From NCBI GenBank assembly GCA_963823335.1, contig CAWGLD010000001.1:1440001-1504000 (forward strand): a DNA stretch of 64,000 nucleotides, read 5' to 3'. Below the pieces are notes generated by a model, which saw only the letters and a program-made list of their open reading frames with translations, made no database searches and had not been told where the DNA came from. This document shows positions 27,455-38,016 of this stretch, piece by piece (within the stretch, counting starts at the first letter, position 1; each line of letters starts with the position of its first letter). A program made the position numbers and the translations under genes. The stretch is from an uncultured delta proteobacterium (lineage in GTDB: Bacteria; Desulfobacterota; Desulfobacteria; Desulfobacterales; B30-G6).

Positions 27455-27589
27455 TACGCCTCTCGAAATGTCTGATAATGAAAATCTTTAAGTAATAATT
27501 GTAAAGTACTCTGTTGGATTCATACCAGCTAAATCTTGCTTGAAATTGGATGAGAAAACCATCGGTGGCAAGAGATAACGCGGGAAAGC

Positions 27590-28879
27590 ATGGCCCATAC
27601 CGTTGAACAATCTGCCTACCGGCGCTTGACCGAGCGCCTGAACCGTTTTCCCCAGGGTGCGCCTCCCTCCAAGCTCCTTACAAAAATTTTGATGGTGTTG
27701 TTCAAGGAAAAGGACGCAGAACGGGTTTCTCTGCTTCCCATCAGACCTTTTACGGTGCGCCGGGCTGCCCGCATCTGGCAAGTGCCCAACAGCGCGTCAC
27801 GCAAAATTTTGGATGGCCTTGCACAAAAAGCCCTGCTGGTGGATTTTGAGGTTGCGGGAGAAATGCACTACGTCCTCCCGCCGCCCATGGCAGGTTTTTT
27901 CGAGTTCTCCATGATGCGTATTCGTGATGACATCGATCAGAAACTACTGGGGGAGCTTTTTTTCGAGTATCTCAATGTCGAAGAGGATTTTGTAAGGGAG
28001 CTTTTTACCCGGGGAGAAACGCAGCTGGGAAGAACCTTTGTGCACGAACCTGTACTGTCGGCGGAGAACGCCTTGCATGTCCTCGACTATGAAAGGGCCA
28101 GCAGCGTGATAAAGACCGCTTCCCACAGGGGTATCAGCATGTGTTACTGCCGACACAAGATGATGCACAAGGGGAGGGCCTGTGAGGCACCCATGAACAT
28201 CTGTATGACCTTCAACACGACAGCCGAATCCCTGACCCGGCACGGTCATGCACGGGCGGTGGATATTTCTGAAGGGTTGGATCTGCTGGCCCAGGCTCAC
28301 GAATCCAATCTGGTGCAGTTTGGCGAAAATGTACGCCAGGGTGTCAACTTTATATGCAACTGCTGTGGCTGCTGCTGCGAGGCCATGATCGCAGCGCGTC
28401 GATTTGCTGTCATGCAGCCTATTCATACCACCAATTTTTTGCCGGTTGTTCAAGAGAATACCTGTGACGGCTGTGGCAAATGTGTGGCTCTTTGTCCGGT
28501 GGAGGCCATGACCCTGGTATCTGCCAATCATCCGCACAAACCGAAGAAAAAGATCGCCAGAATCGACGAAGACCGCTGTCTTGGTTGCGGCGTGTGCGTG
28601 AGAGCCTGTACGAGATGTAATTCGATCTCCATGATTTCCCGGCGGCAGCGGATCCTTACACCGTTGAACGGTACCCATAGGGCTGTGGTGATGGCTCTGG
28701 AGCGGGGCAAGCTTCAACATCTGATCTTCGATAACCGGGTTCTCTGGCACCACCGTGCTTTGGCCGCTGTTTTGGGCGCAATCCTTCGTTTGCCGCCTGT
28801 CGACCGGGTGCTGGCCACCCAACAGGTGAAATCGCGCTACCTGGAGGCCCTGGTGGAGCGTTTTGAACGCGGGAAATGA
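27590..28879 (+). CDS. 4Fe-4S dicluster domain (Fe-S binding) protein
   Basis: CYCRH, ICNCCGCCC, CDGCGKCVALCP and CLGCGVCVRAC motifs. Confidence 0.85.
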   Translation: MAHTVEQSAYRRLTERLNRFPQGAPPSKLLTKILMVLFKEKDAERVSLLPIRPFTVRRAARIWQVPNSASRKILDGLAQKALLVDFEVAGEMHYVLPPPMAGFFEFSMMRIRDDIDQKLLGELFFEYLNVEEDFVRELFTRGETQLGRTFVHEPVLSAENALHVLDYERASSVIKTASHRGISMCYCRHKMMHKGRACEAPMNICMTFNTTAESLTRHGHARAVDISEGLDLLAQAHESNLVQFGENVRQGVNFICNCCGCCCEAMIAARRFAVMQPIHTTNFLPVVQENTCDGCGKCVALCPVEAMTLVSANHPHKPKKKIARIDEDRCLGCGVCVRACTRCNSISMISRRQRILTPLNGTHRAVVMALERGKLQHLIFDNRVLWHHRALAAVLGAILRLPPVDRVLATQQVKSRYLEALVERFERGK

Positions 28880-28887
28880 TGCCGTGA

Positions 28888-29130
28888 TGCTTACTTTTCG
28901 CAGAGAAATTCCAAGGACGTGGTTTTGGATGCGAAGCACTGAACCAGATCCGTACGCTGGCAAGGTCATGGAATTGTCGCGCCATCAGGGTTGCTGTCAT
29001 GGAAAACAACATGCCTGCCCTCATGTTTTGGGAGAAAGAGGGCTTTGGCCGGTTGTACCGGAAAACCTTAAAGGGATGTATCGGTGACGTTATTGTAATG
29101 GAAAGCCTTCTCCACCTTCCCACCAATTAG
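28888..29130 (+). pseudogene. 5'-truncated GNAT acetyltransferase fragment
   Basis: An unlisted frame reads LLFAEKFQGRGFG...VMENNMPALMFWEKEGF...stop. It is preceded by an in-frame TGA at 28885 and the N-terminal half is missing. Confidence 0.65.
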
Positions 29131-29288
29131 GGACGGGTATTCATATATTACTCTCAAGGGCCAGAGTGGCATTCCACCAAGCCCTTGCCGCTGTCAGCGA
29201 CTCTCGGCCCCTTGTATCTTGACCGGCCGGTGCAATATCTGCATAACTGTGTTTAGGGTCACAGAACATTGCAACCCGGTGTGGCCGA

Positions 29289-30626
29289 TCATCTGTCCAT
29301 TTTCTTGAATGTGGTTGCAGGGAAAAAGCAGTAGGGACATTCCTTGGGCGGTTTTTTCCCATGGTGGATGTGGCCGCATATGCGGCAGCGCCACGCGGGC
29401 TTTCCGCTGCCCTTTTTGCCCGGCTCCAGGGGATTTCTATCTCTGAATACCGGCAGGTCTTCCAGCGCGGGCATGATGGGTTGATAGGCGTACATGGCAT
29501 GAGCGGAAACGATCATGCGCTGAATTTCGCTGGTCCCTTCATATATTCTCAGCAGGCGGATGTCCCGGAAGAGTTTTTCCAGGGGAAACATTTTCGTATA
29601 ACCATAACCACCGAGTATCTGCAATGCTTCGTTGACGACTTCCAGGGCTGTTTCGGTCGCGAAGAACTTGGCGATGGAGGCGTTTATGGTTGGGTCCAGG
29701 CCCTGATCCGCTTCCCAGGCCGCCTTCCAAACCAGCAAACGTGCTGTTTCAACTTTCTGGTACATCTCGGCAATTTTAAACTGAACGGCCTGAAAATCAC
29801 CGATCTTGGACCCAAACGCCGTGCGTTTTTTTGCGTAATCGATGGCAAACTCCATGGCGCTTCGAGCACCTCCCACACCAAAAGCCCCCACAACCGGGCG
29901 TGTCCTGGAAAAGGTTTTCATGGCGAGTTTAAAGCCTTCTCCGGGCGGAGCCATAACATTTTCTTTGGGTACCCTGACATTTTTCAACCTGAGACCAGCG
30001 GTATTTGAACAACGCTGTCCAAGCTTGGGAATTGCCTTGCCAATGGACACGCCTTTCCAGGATTTTTCCACCAGAAAGGCCCCGATGCCCTCATGACCGG
30101 ATTTCGGGTCTTCGGTGGCAAATACGGAAAAATAATCGGCCACCCCCCCGTTGGTAATCCAGTATTTGGTTCCGTTCAACAGGTAGTCATTCCCCTCTCT
30201 TTCAGCTTTACAGCGCATACCGGCAACGTCGGATCCCATGACAGGTTCCGAAGTGGCAAAACAGATCAGTTTGAACTCCTTTATAAGTCTGGGAAGATAT
30301 TTATTTTTCAGCGCTTCGTTGGCACAAAGAATAAGGGGTTCCGCACCCAGTGAATTATCGAAAAGCGAGGTGGCAAGACCTGGGCAGGCAGCCGCAATCT
30401 CCTCGGTCATGATAGCGCCTTCGAGGATTCCATATTCATTGCCCCCGTATTTTTTGGGTATGTCGTTGTTCATCAGACCTTCATCATGGGCCTTTCTTAG
30501 CACAGACAGGGGAATTTCATCTTTCTCATCGTGATACCATGCCACGGGTAGAATCTCTCTCAACGCGAATTCACGTGCTTTCTGTTGAATGTCGAGTTGC
30601 TTTTTTGACAAATTGAAATTTAACAT
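29289..30626 (-). CDS. Acyl-CoA dehydrogenase with C-terminal rubredoxin-like domain
   Basis: FATSEP..GSD, NGTKYWITNG, QILGGYGY and IYEGTSEIQR motifs; C-terminal WRCRICGHIH...PPKECPYC. Confidence 0.93.
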   Translation of the reverse strand: MLNFNLSKKQLDIQQKAREFALREILPVAWYHDEKDEIPLSVLRKAHDEGLMNNDIPKKYGGNEYGILEGAIMTEEIAAACPGLATSLFDNSLGAEPLILCANEALKNKYLPRLIKEFKLICFATSEPVMGSDVAGMRCKAEREGNDYLLNGTKYWITNGGVADYFSVFATEDPKSGHEGIGAFLVEKSWKGVSIGKAIPKLGQRCSNTAGLRLKNVRVPKENVMAPPGEGFKLAMKTFSRTRPVVGAFGVGGARSAMEFAIDYAKKRTAFGSKIGDFQAVQFKIAEMYQKVETARLLVWKAAWEADQGLDPTINASIAKFFATETALEVVNEALQILGGYGYTKMFPLEKLFRDIRLLRIYEGTSEIQRMIVSAHAMYAYQPIMPALEDLPVFRDRNPLEPGKKGSGKPAWRCRICGHIHHGKKPPKECPYCFFPATTFKKMDR

Positions 30627-30644
30627 GGGGCCTCCTGCTTGGGG

Positions 30645-31859
30645 TCAATTTGATTTCTTTTCCGGGATATCCTCGGCATTAATAAATGCCATCAGTTCTT
30701 TGGCCTGTCTGTTAGCATCCTTTTCACCCAGTTTAATCAGACGGGCCAGATAGGTCGGATCAAACATGACCATGCTCAACCAATCTGGACTCGATGTTTC
30801 ATGGGTGCCGAGACCCCGGAAAAGATGCCGAAACATGTAAGGCAGTTGTGGTTCCAATTCACCCGCTAATTTTCCCAGATCCTCTGATGGTCGCATGACA
30901 AATTGATGGACCACGCGCCTGTCATGGTGTTGCTCTTTTGGGATCTGAAAGAGCAGTTGATTGGTACGCCTGAGTGTTCGAACATCTTGATCCAGCACAT
31001 CTAAGAAAATAGAATTCATTAATGTGCCTGCTATTTGGGCGGGTGGTGGATATCCGGCGCACACAGGTTTTTTTGCGTCTTTTATTGATTTTCGATGATG
31101 CGTCGAGACGGCAAGGATTTGGGTTGCGCCCAGATATATCGCCGGCGAGAGCGGTGCCGATTGTCGTATACCGCCGTCACCATACCATTCGTTCCCGACG
31201 CGTACGGCTGGAAAAAGCAGTGGTAGAGAGGCTGATGACATAATGTGATCAATGCTAATGTCAGTAGCTTCACTTCGTCGCCAGGGTCGTTCCCACAGAC
31301 GAATATCCTTACCCATGACCCATGTCACGGCCTGACCGGTAGTATAGTTGGTACCTGTGATGGCAACAGCTTTAAGTTTGCCCTGATTCAAATTTTTACC
31401 AATACCGGCAATTACATTCCCTTGAGGTAAAAGCGCTTGTTGCAGAAGCTCTCGAAGTGGTCTTGAATTCAACAGACTTATGGCGGAAGATTCTTTGGTC
31501 ATGCCTCCTGAAATAAGACGGAACCCCCATCTGAAAACATTTCGTACAAGTTCCCAGGTGTCCACACAAAAAATCCGATCTACGGACAGGTTCAGCCAAA
31601 GCTCTGACAGTTCTCGCACCGCTTCAGCGAAAGTACCTTCATGATTTGCCAGAAATGCAGCATTAATGGCTCCAGCGGAAACACCGGTGATAATGGGGGG
31701 ATGGAGATCAGGAAAATGTTGGGCAAGACATTTCAAAAAACCGACTTGATATGCGGCTCTCGCTCCACCACCACTTAAAACGAGTGCCAAGCTATTTTTA
31801 TCGCCGGTCATAATATGTGTCCTCTTTGAAGATTGAACCACAACAGCGGGCACATTCAT
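30645..31859 (-). CDS. Patatin-like phospholipase family protein
   Basis: LSGGGARAAYQVG, GVSAG nucleophile and DGG motifs. The start may be a later Met. Confidence 0.9.
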   Translation of the reverse strand: MNVPAVVVQSSKRTHIMTGDKNSLALVLSGGGARAAYQVGFLKCLAQHFPDLHPPIITGVSAGAINAAFLANHEGTFAEAVRELSELWLNLSVDRIFCVDTWELVRNVFRWGFRLISGGMTKESSAISLLNSRPLRELLQQALLPQGNVIAGIGKNLNQGKLKAVAITGTNYTTGQAVTWVMGKDIRLWERPWRRSEATDISIDHIMSSASLPLLFPAVRVGNEWYGDGGIRQSAPLSPAIYLGATQILAVSTHHRKSIKDAKKPVCAGYPPPAQIAGTLMNSIFLDVLDQDVRTLRRTNQLLFQIPKEQHHDRRVVHQFVMRPSEDLGKLAGELEPQLPYMFRHLFRGLGTHETSSPDWLSMVMFDPTYLARLIKLGEKDANRQAKELMAFINAEDIPEKKSN

Positions 31860-32013
31860 TTTTGGTGAGGAGACTAGCTCACCGGATACGTGCTGCAGGG
31901 TTCTTTTATATGAACGGTGTGTTAGATTTTGACCTTGCTAATTGTTTATGATAGTTGAGATTGATTATAGTGGCAAGCAGATTTTATTCTTAATAGAGGA
32001 GAGATAGTTTTAA

Positions 32014-32238
32014 ATGAATACTAAACTCGTTATCGCAATTGCTGTCCTGTTCGTTTTTGCCGTGTTCATTGTTCAGAATGCACAGGTTGTAACGGTCAGC
32101 TTTCTTTTCTGGAAAATCGAAGCGTCCAGGGCCATTGTCCTGATGGTGACATTTGTGCTGGGATTGTTTACCGGATGGATAGTGACCCAGCTTTTTAAGA
32201 AATCAAATAAGGATCTGAAGCGTAACAGCGAAAGCTAA
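32014..32238 (+). CDS. LapA/DUF1049-like small membrane protein
   Basis: Two transmembrane segments with F.VQN...V.V.FLFW; GAGGAG RBS. Confidence 0.8.
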   Translation: MNTKLVIAIAVLFVFAVFIVQNAQVVTVSFLFWKIEASRAIVLMVTFVLGLFTGWIVTQLFKKSNKDLKRNSES

Positions 32239-32389
32239 CCCCATACAGTGCCGCGGCGTTAGCGGACGAATCCGACACAGTCAGAAGTCCTTAACAAGTA
32301 TTGATCTTTTGGCATTCGTTTTTCCAGAGATAGTAATATATGAATCCCCGTCCCCAATGGTTTGTATAATTATAAATGGCGGTGAGCGG

Positions 32390-34684
32390 CTATTTCAATC
32401 CGCTTTTTAACAGCGCCTCTGCCAGAGAGCCCTGGGGGGATGGTTTTTTTTCAGGTTTGCGGGCTTTTTGCGGTTTTGGTCCGTTTGGACGCGTTCTTTT
32501 AATTTCGGGTTTTGGCGTGCTTTTTTCCATGGGGTCGACGGCCTTTTTCATGGAAAGGGAGATACGGTTTCTATCCATATCGATGTCGAGTACGGATACG
32601 GTGACCTTTTGCTGTACCTTGACGATATCGGCCGGGTTTTTCACGAAGCGATCCGCCATCTGGCTGATGTGAACGAGGCCGTCCTGATGGACTCCGATGT
32701 CTATGAATGCGCCAAAGGCCGTTATGTTCGTCACGATACCGGGAAGCTGCATGCCTTTACGCAGATCGGCGATTTTTTCGATACCGTCGGTAAATGAAAA
32801 AGCCTCGAATGTTTTTCTTGGGTCGCGACCGGGTTTGACCAGTTCATCCAGGATGTCATTCAGTGTGGGGATGCCGATGGTGGTCGTTACATAGCGGGGT
32901 AGATCGATCTGACGCCGCAGATCAGGCTGTTTCATCATGTCGGTTACTGACAGACCCAGGTCTCTGGCTATGGCATCCACGATGTCATAGCTTTCGGGAT
33001 GTACTGCACTGGCATCGAGGGGGTTCTCGCCGTCCATGACGCGCAGAAAACCTGCAGATTGCTCAAAGGCCTTGGGCCCCAGTCGAGGTACTTTCAGGAG
33101 TTGTTTGCGGTTCCGGAAGGGGCCCTGGGTGTCACGATGGAGGACCATGTTTTTGGCGATGCCGGCATTTAAGCCCGACACATAGGTCAAAAGCTGAGCA
33201 CTGGCCCTGTTCAGGTCGACACCGACACTGTTGACGCAGCTCATCACGACATCGTCGAGGGTCTGCTTGAGAGATGTCTGGTCCACATCGTGCTGGTACT
33301 GGCCCACACCGATGGCTTTGGGGTCTATTTTCACGAGTTCGGCCAGGGGATCCATCAGGCGCCGTCCGATGGAAACCGCTCCACGGACGGTCAGGTCGTG
33401 ATCCGGAAATTCTTCACGGGCCACTTCCGAAGCAGAATAAACCGAGGCACCGCTTTCATTGACCATGAGTACCTGTGTTATTTCCGATGACAGAGCCGTC
33501 TTGACAAAAGCTTCGGTTTCCCTGCCAGCGGTGCCGTTTCCCACTGCAATGGCTTCGATTTTAAACTGTTTGCACAGGGCTTGTAATCTGGTGCTATCTT
33601 CGCGTGCTTTATTCTGGGACATGTGCGGAAAAATCGTATCGTGATGCAGAAGTGTTCCCTGGCGGTCCAGGCAGGCAACCTTGCACCCTGTTCTGAATCC
33701 CGGATCGATCCCCATTACACGTTTTGCTCCCAGCGGTGGCGACAAAAGCAGCTGGCGCAGGTTTTCTGCAAAAACCTTTATGGCTTCGTTGTCGGCACGT
33801 GTTTTGGTATACATACGGGCTTCTGTTTCCATGGAATTGGACAGGAGCCGCTTGTAAGCGTCGATGACAGCCAGTTTCACCTGGGCTGAATCTTGCCCCT
33901 CACCCGTTACAAACAAGGCGTCGATCATGGCGACGGCGTCTTCTTCCACAGGCGAAATGTCCAGGATCAGCACGTTTTCCTTTTCTCCGCGCCGCATGGC
34001 CAGCATCCGGTGAGACGGTACTTTGGCAATCGGTTCCTCCCATTCGAAATAATCCTGGAACTTGGTACCGGTTTCCTCCATGCCGATGACCACCCGACTC
34101 TTTATCCTGGCCGTGGTAAGAAACAGGTTGCGCAGCCGGGAGCGGATTTCGTCGTTTTCATTGATGACTTCGGCTATAATATCCCGGGCACCGGCAAGGG
34201 CGTCCTCTATCGTGTCAACCTTTTTCTCAGGATCGATATAAAGGGCTGCTTCCTGAAATGGATCGATGTTTTTCTGTTCCAGGATCGAATGCGCCAGGGG
34301 TTCGAGGCCTTTTTCTTTTGCTATGACGGCTTTGGTGCGCCGTTTCGGTTTAAAGGGCAGATATATATCTTCAAGCACTACCATGGTCTGCGCCTCGAGG
34401 ACCTTTTGTTGGAGCTCATCTGTCAGGTGCCCGTGTTTTTCAAGAGATTTCAGGATGGCAGCCTGTCTTTCGCCTAGATCCCGCAACTGGTTTAGTCTGT
34501 CCCGTATGGTTGTCACGGCGACCTCATCCAGGCTTCCGGTAACCTCTTTTCGATAGCGCGCGATAAATGGAATGGTAGATCCATCCGCAAGCAGCGCAGC
34601 TACGGCACCTACGTATTGGTTCGTGATGCCAAGTTCCTTTGCTATGGTGATGATGGAGGTGTCTGTGTGCATGATCATACTCAC
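32390..34684 (-). CDS. tex: Tex-family RNA-binding transcription accessory protein
   Basis: TIPFIARYRKE.TG.LDE, GIDPGFRTGCK, IGVGQYQHDV and C-terminal S1 domain (FGAFIDIGVHQDGLVHIS). Confidence 0.96.
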   Translation of the reverse strand: MSMIMHTDTSIITIAKELGITNQYVGAVAALLADGSTIPFIARYRKEVTGSLDEVAVTTIRDRLNQLRDLGERQAAILKSLEKHGHLTDELQQKVLEAQTMVVLEDIYLPFKPKRRTKAVIAKEKGLEPLAHSILEQKNIDPFQEAALYIDPEKKVDTIEDALAGARDIIAEVINENDEIRSRLRNLFLTTARIKSRVVIGMEETGTKFQDYFEWEEPIAKVPSHRMLAMRRGEKENVLILDISPVEEDAVAMIDALFVTGEGQDSAQVKLAVIDAYKRLLSNSMETEARMYTKTRADNEAIKVFAENLRQLLLSPPLGAKRVMGIDPGFRTGCKVACLDRQGTLLHHDTIFPHMSQNKAREDSTRLQALCKQFKIEAIAVGNGTAGRETEAFVKTALSSEITQVLMVNESGASVYSASEVAREEFPDHDLTVRGAVSIGRRLMDPLAELVKIDPKAIGVGQYQHDVDQTSLKQTLDDVVMSCVNSVGVDLNRASAQLLTYVSGLNAGIAKNMVLHRDTQGPFRNRKQLLKVPRLGPKAFEQSAGFLRVMDGENPLDASAVHPESYDIVDAIARDLGLSVTDMMKQPDLRRQIDLPRYVTTTIGIPTLNDILDELVKPGRDPRKTFEAFSFTDGIEKIADLRKGMQLPGIVTNITAFGAFIDIGVHQDGLVHISQMADRFVKNPADIVKVQQKVTVSVLDIDMDRNRISLSMKKAVDPMEKSTPKPEIKRTRPNGPKPQKARKPEKKPSPQGSLAEALLKSGLK

Positions 34685-36516
34685 TTGTATTTGGCCGCGT
34701 TTGCGGTATGACGTTTTGAGGCGGAAAGAATGGTTTTACGCATACGCAATGAGCGGGGGGTTACTTCTAACTGTTCATCTTCACGAATAAAGCTGATGGC
34801 AAATTCGAGGGTAAGCGGCTTGATGGGTGAGAGGATAACCGCTTCATCCTTGCCGGAGGCACGCATGTTGGTGAGCTTTTTTTCCTTGCAGGGGTTTACA
34901 TTGATGTCCTGGCCCCGGTTGTGCTCACCGATGATCATCCCCGCATAGGTTCGGTCCCCCGGTTCAATGAAGAGCCGCCCCCGGGGTTCGAGATTGAACA
35001 GCGCATAGGCTACCGCGGTCCCGGTTCGATCCGCAACCAGGGACCCGGTGAAGCGGCTGGAACAGTCTCCTCTGTAGTCACCGTATCCGTCAAAAATAGA
35101 ATTCAGGATACCGGTGCCGCGGGTGTCGGTGAGGAACTCATCCCGGTAGCCGATCAGGGCCCTGGCGGGGACCGAAAATTCAAAGCGCACCCGACCGCTG
35201 CCGTTGTTGACCAGGTTGATCATTTTTCCTTTGCGGAGGGAGAGTTTTTCCACCACGATGCCCAGGAAGGACTCTTCACAATCCACGAAAAGCTTTTCAA
35301 TGGGCTCCAGCCGTTTTCCCTTCTCGTGCCGGAAGATGACCTCCGGCTGTCCCACGCAGAACTCAAAGCCTTCGCGTCGCATGGTTTCAATCAAGATAGC
35401 CAGCTGAAATTCCCCTCTGCCCTTGATCAGAAAGCTGTCACGCTCATCGGTCTCAGCCAGCTGCACGGCGACGTTCTGGAGCGTTTCCTTTAGCAGTCGT
35501 TCACGCAGACGGCTCGACTGGACATATTTGCCTTCCTGGCCACCGAATGGTGACGTGTTGACCGAAAATTTCATGGAAACCGTGGGTTCGTCGACACGGA
35601 TCCTGGGGAGCGCTCTGGGGTGTTCGTGGTGGCAGATGGTATCACCGATCTTGACATTTTCGATACCGGCGATGACCACAATGTCGCCGGCTTGGACATC
35701 ATCCACACCGGTGAGGGTCATGCCTTCATAGATCTGCAGTTTGGAGACTTTCAAGGGGATCTGCTTCCCATTTTCCCCGATACAGACCAGGCTGTCGCGT
35801 GCGCGTGCGCTGCCGTTGAATATTTTGCCCACCGCGAGCCTCCCCAGGTAATCGGAATAACTGAGATCGGAGACACGCAGTTGAAACGGAGCTCCGGGAT
35901 CGTAAGAAGGGCCGGGTATTTCCTGAATAATGGTGTCGAACAACAGGTCCAGATTGTGGCCCTCTTCATCCGGCTTTTTGATAGCGATACCATCACGACC
36001 GATGGCATAGACAAGGGGGAAGTCGATCTGTTCATCCGTGGCCTCCAGATCGATGAGAAGATCATAGATTTCGTCGAGAACCGCATGGACGCGGGCATCC
36101 TGACGATCGATCTTGTTGATGACAACCACGATCTTGAGACCTGCCGCCAGGGCCTTTTTAAGGACAAAGCGGGTCTGGGGCAAAGGCCCTTCGGATGCGT
36201 CGACCAGCAGAATGGCGCCGTCTGCCATGGAAAGGGCACGTTCGACTTCACCGCCGAAATCGGCATGACCGGGAGTGTCTATGATGTTGATCCGCACTCC
36301 CTTCCACACAACCGAACAGTTTTTGGCTGCGATGGTGATGCCGCGTTCGCGCTCGAGGTCCATGGTATCCATGAGCCTGTCGTCCATAACCTGGCTGTCT
36401 CTGAAAAGGCCGCTCTGGCGAAACATGGCGTCTACCAGCGTTGTTTTGCCATGATCGACATGGGCAATTATGGCAATGTTTCTCAACTGGTTGTTTTGTT
36501 GGGGTATTACCGGCAT
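34681..36516 (-). CDS. typA: Translational GTPase TypA/BipA
   Basis: RNIAIIAHVDHGKTT, ERERGITI, DTPGHADFGGEVER, NKID, GRGE.QL and KKLTNMRASG motifs. Confidence 0.97.
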   Translation of the reverse strand: MPVIPQQNNQLRNIAIIAHVDHGKTTLVDAMFRQSGLFRDSQVMDDRLMDTMDLERERGITIAAKNCSVVWKGVRINIIDTPGHADFGGEVERALSMADGAILLVDASEGPLPQTRFVLKKALAAGLKIVVVINKIDRQDARVHAVLDEIYDLLIDLEATDEQIDFPLVYAIGRDGIAIKKPDEEGHNLDLLFDTIIQEIPGPSYDPGAPFQLRVSDLSYSDYLGRLAVGKIFNGSARARDSLVCIGENGKQIPLKVSKLQIYEGMTLTGVDDVQAGDIVVIAGIENVKIGDTICHHEHPRALPRIRVDEPTVSMKFSVNTSPFGGQEGKYVQSSRLRERLLKETLQNVAVQLAETDERDSFLIKGRGEFQLAILIETMRREGFEFCVGQPEVIFRHEKGKRLEPIEKLFVDCEESFLGIVVEKLSLRKGKMINLVNNGSGRVRFEFSVPARALIGYRDEFLTDTRGTGILNSIFDGYGDYRGDCSSRFTGSLVADRTGTAVAYALFNLEPRGRLFIEPGDRTYAGMIIGEHNRGQDINVNPCKEKKLTNMRASGKDEAVILSPIKPLTLEFAISFIREDEQLEVTPRSLRMRKTILSASKRHTANAAKYK

Positions 36517-36726
36517 TTCTTGTATCCTTGTCTTCTGTTCTAAAAACAAATTAAAAAGCATCAGCGCGGTACCGATGGTTGCCCGCTAATGCTATAGTAT
36601 GATGTCACGCTGAATACCTGGTTCAATGGATATGAAGGTAAGACGTTTCCTTGTGATTGCAAGAGGCTGGAAAGAAATAGAACAGTTACCTAAAACAGGT
36701 GACGACATCGCCTTGGATAAAAGGTA

Positions 36727-37953
36727 TTACCCGATTTTATTTGGAACCCCTTTTATGGCAGCGACGATGCGCCCAAGGGCCTCCATGAGAAGGGTCCGCG
36801 GACAGGCAATGTTGATGCGCTGGAATCCATCTCCTTCGGGTCCGAACAGGCTTCCTTCATCCAGAAAGACACGAGCCTGGTTCAGGAAGAGGTTTCTAAA
36901 CTGATGTTTGTCCAGGCCGAGGGAGCGACAGTCGAACCAGACAAGATACGTCCCCTGGGGCTGAATGACTTTGATTTCCGGGAGATCGCTCTTAAAAAGA
37001 CGCGTCAGCTCATTCAGATTTTTATTGAGATAGTGCAGAAGATCTTCAAGCCATGGTTCTCCCTGTTCATATGCGACACGGCACGCTGTTGCGCCGAAGG
37101 GATTGATTCCGAACAAACCGTTGGCAAGAAGACTTTCTTTGAATTGTTGACGGGTTTTTCTGTCCGGGATAAAGATGTTGGAAGTTTGAAGGCCTGCCAG
37201 GTTGAAGGTTTTACTCGGTGCGGTGCAGACGATACTGTTTTCTTGAAAGGCGCTGTCTGCCATGGAAAAGGGGCAGAACATCACACCTGGATAAACCAGG
37301 TCCCCGTGAATCTCATCTGAAATGACCTGCACGTGGTTGCGTTGACAGATGTGGCCAAAACGCTGGAGTTCTTCACGTGTCCAGACGCGGCCAACAGGAT
37401 TATGAGGACTGCATAAAATGGCCAGCTTGACATCCGGGTCGGCTGCTTTGCTTTCCAGGTCATCGTAATCCATGTGATATTGACCCTCAGTCAATACAAG
37501 GGCGTTGGATACGATCTGACAACCATTATTTTCTATGGCGCTGAAAAAGGGATAGTAGACGGGTTGCTGAATCAGAATCTTGTCTCCAGGTCGGGTAAGG
37601 GCCCGCACCAGCAGGTGCAGTGCCGGAACCACTCCCTGGGTAGTCACGATCCACGATTCTTCCACCGGCCATCCATGTCGCTTTTTCATCCAGCCGGTCA
37701 CGGCTTCCAAATAGGCCTGGTCGGGTTGCGTATAACCGAAAATGCCGTGTCGGGCGCGTTCCTGCAAGGCCTTGACAACCGGTTCAGGACTTGAAAAATC
37801 CATATCCGCCACCCACATGGGCAGAATCCGGTTTTCGCCGAAACAGGCATCGGTTCTCTTCTTTTTGGACGGGTCTTCCGAATCTAGAACAAATTCCCAT
37901 TTGACGGAACCGGTATGGCGGCGATCTATCTCGATGTCGAAGTTTGTCGGCAT
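36727..37953 (-). CDS. MalY/PatB family PLP-dependent enzyme (cystathionine beta-lyase-like)
   Basis: LPMWVADMDF, LCSPHNPVGRVW, SDEIH, APSKTFNLAGL and GTYLVW motifs. Confidence 0.93.
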   Translation of the reverse strand: MPTNFDIEIDRRHTGSVKWEFVLDSEDPSKKKRTDACFGENRILPMWVADMDFSSPEPVVKALQERARHGIFGYTQPDQAYLEAVTGWMKKRHGWPVEESWIVTTQGVVPALHLLVRALTRPGDKILIQQPVYYPFFSAIENNGCQIVSNALVLTEGQYHMDYDDLESKAADPDVKLAILCSPHNPVGRVWTREELQRFGHICQRNHVQVISDEIHGDLVYPGVMFCPFSMADSAFQENSIVCTAPSKTFNLAGLQTSNIFIPDRKTRQQFKESLLANGLFGINPFGATACRVAYEQGEPWLEDLLHYLNKNLNELTRLFKSDLPEIKVIQPQGTYLVWFDCRSLGLDKHQFRNLFLNQARVFLDEGSLFGPEGDGFQRINIACPRTLLMEALGRIVAAIKGVPNKIG

Positions 37954-38016
37954 GGTTTACTTCCCTTTTTTATATTGCCATGGTTATGGCATGCGGGTCG
38001 GGTGAAATCAAGCGGA

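Noticed and set aside
28885-28887. In-frame TGA as a possible selenocysteine codon
   Set aside because: It precedes a GNAT fragment lacking its N-terminal half, with no redox motif and no evident SECIS.
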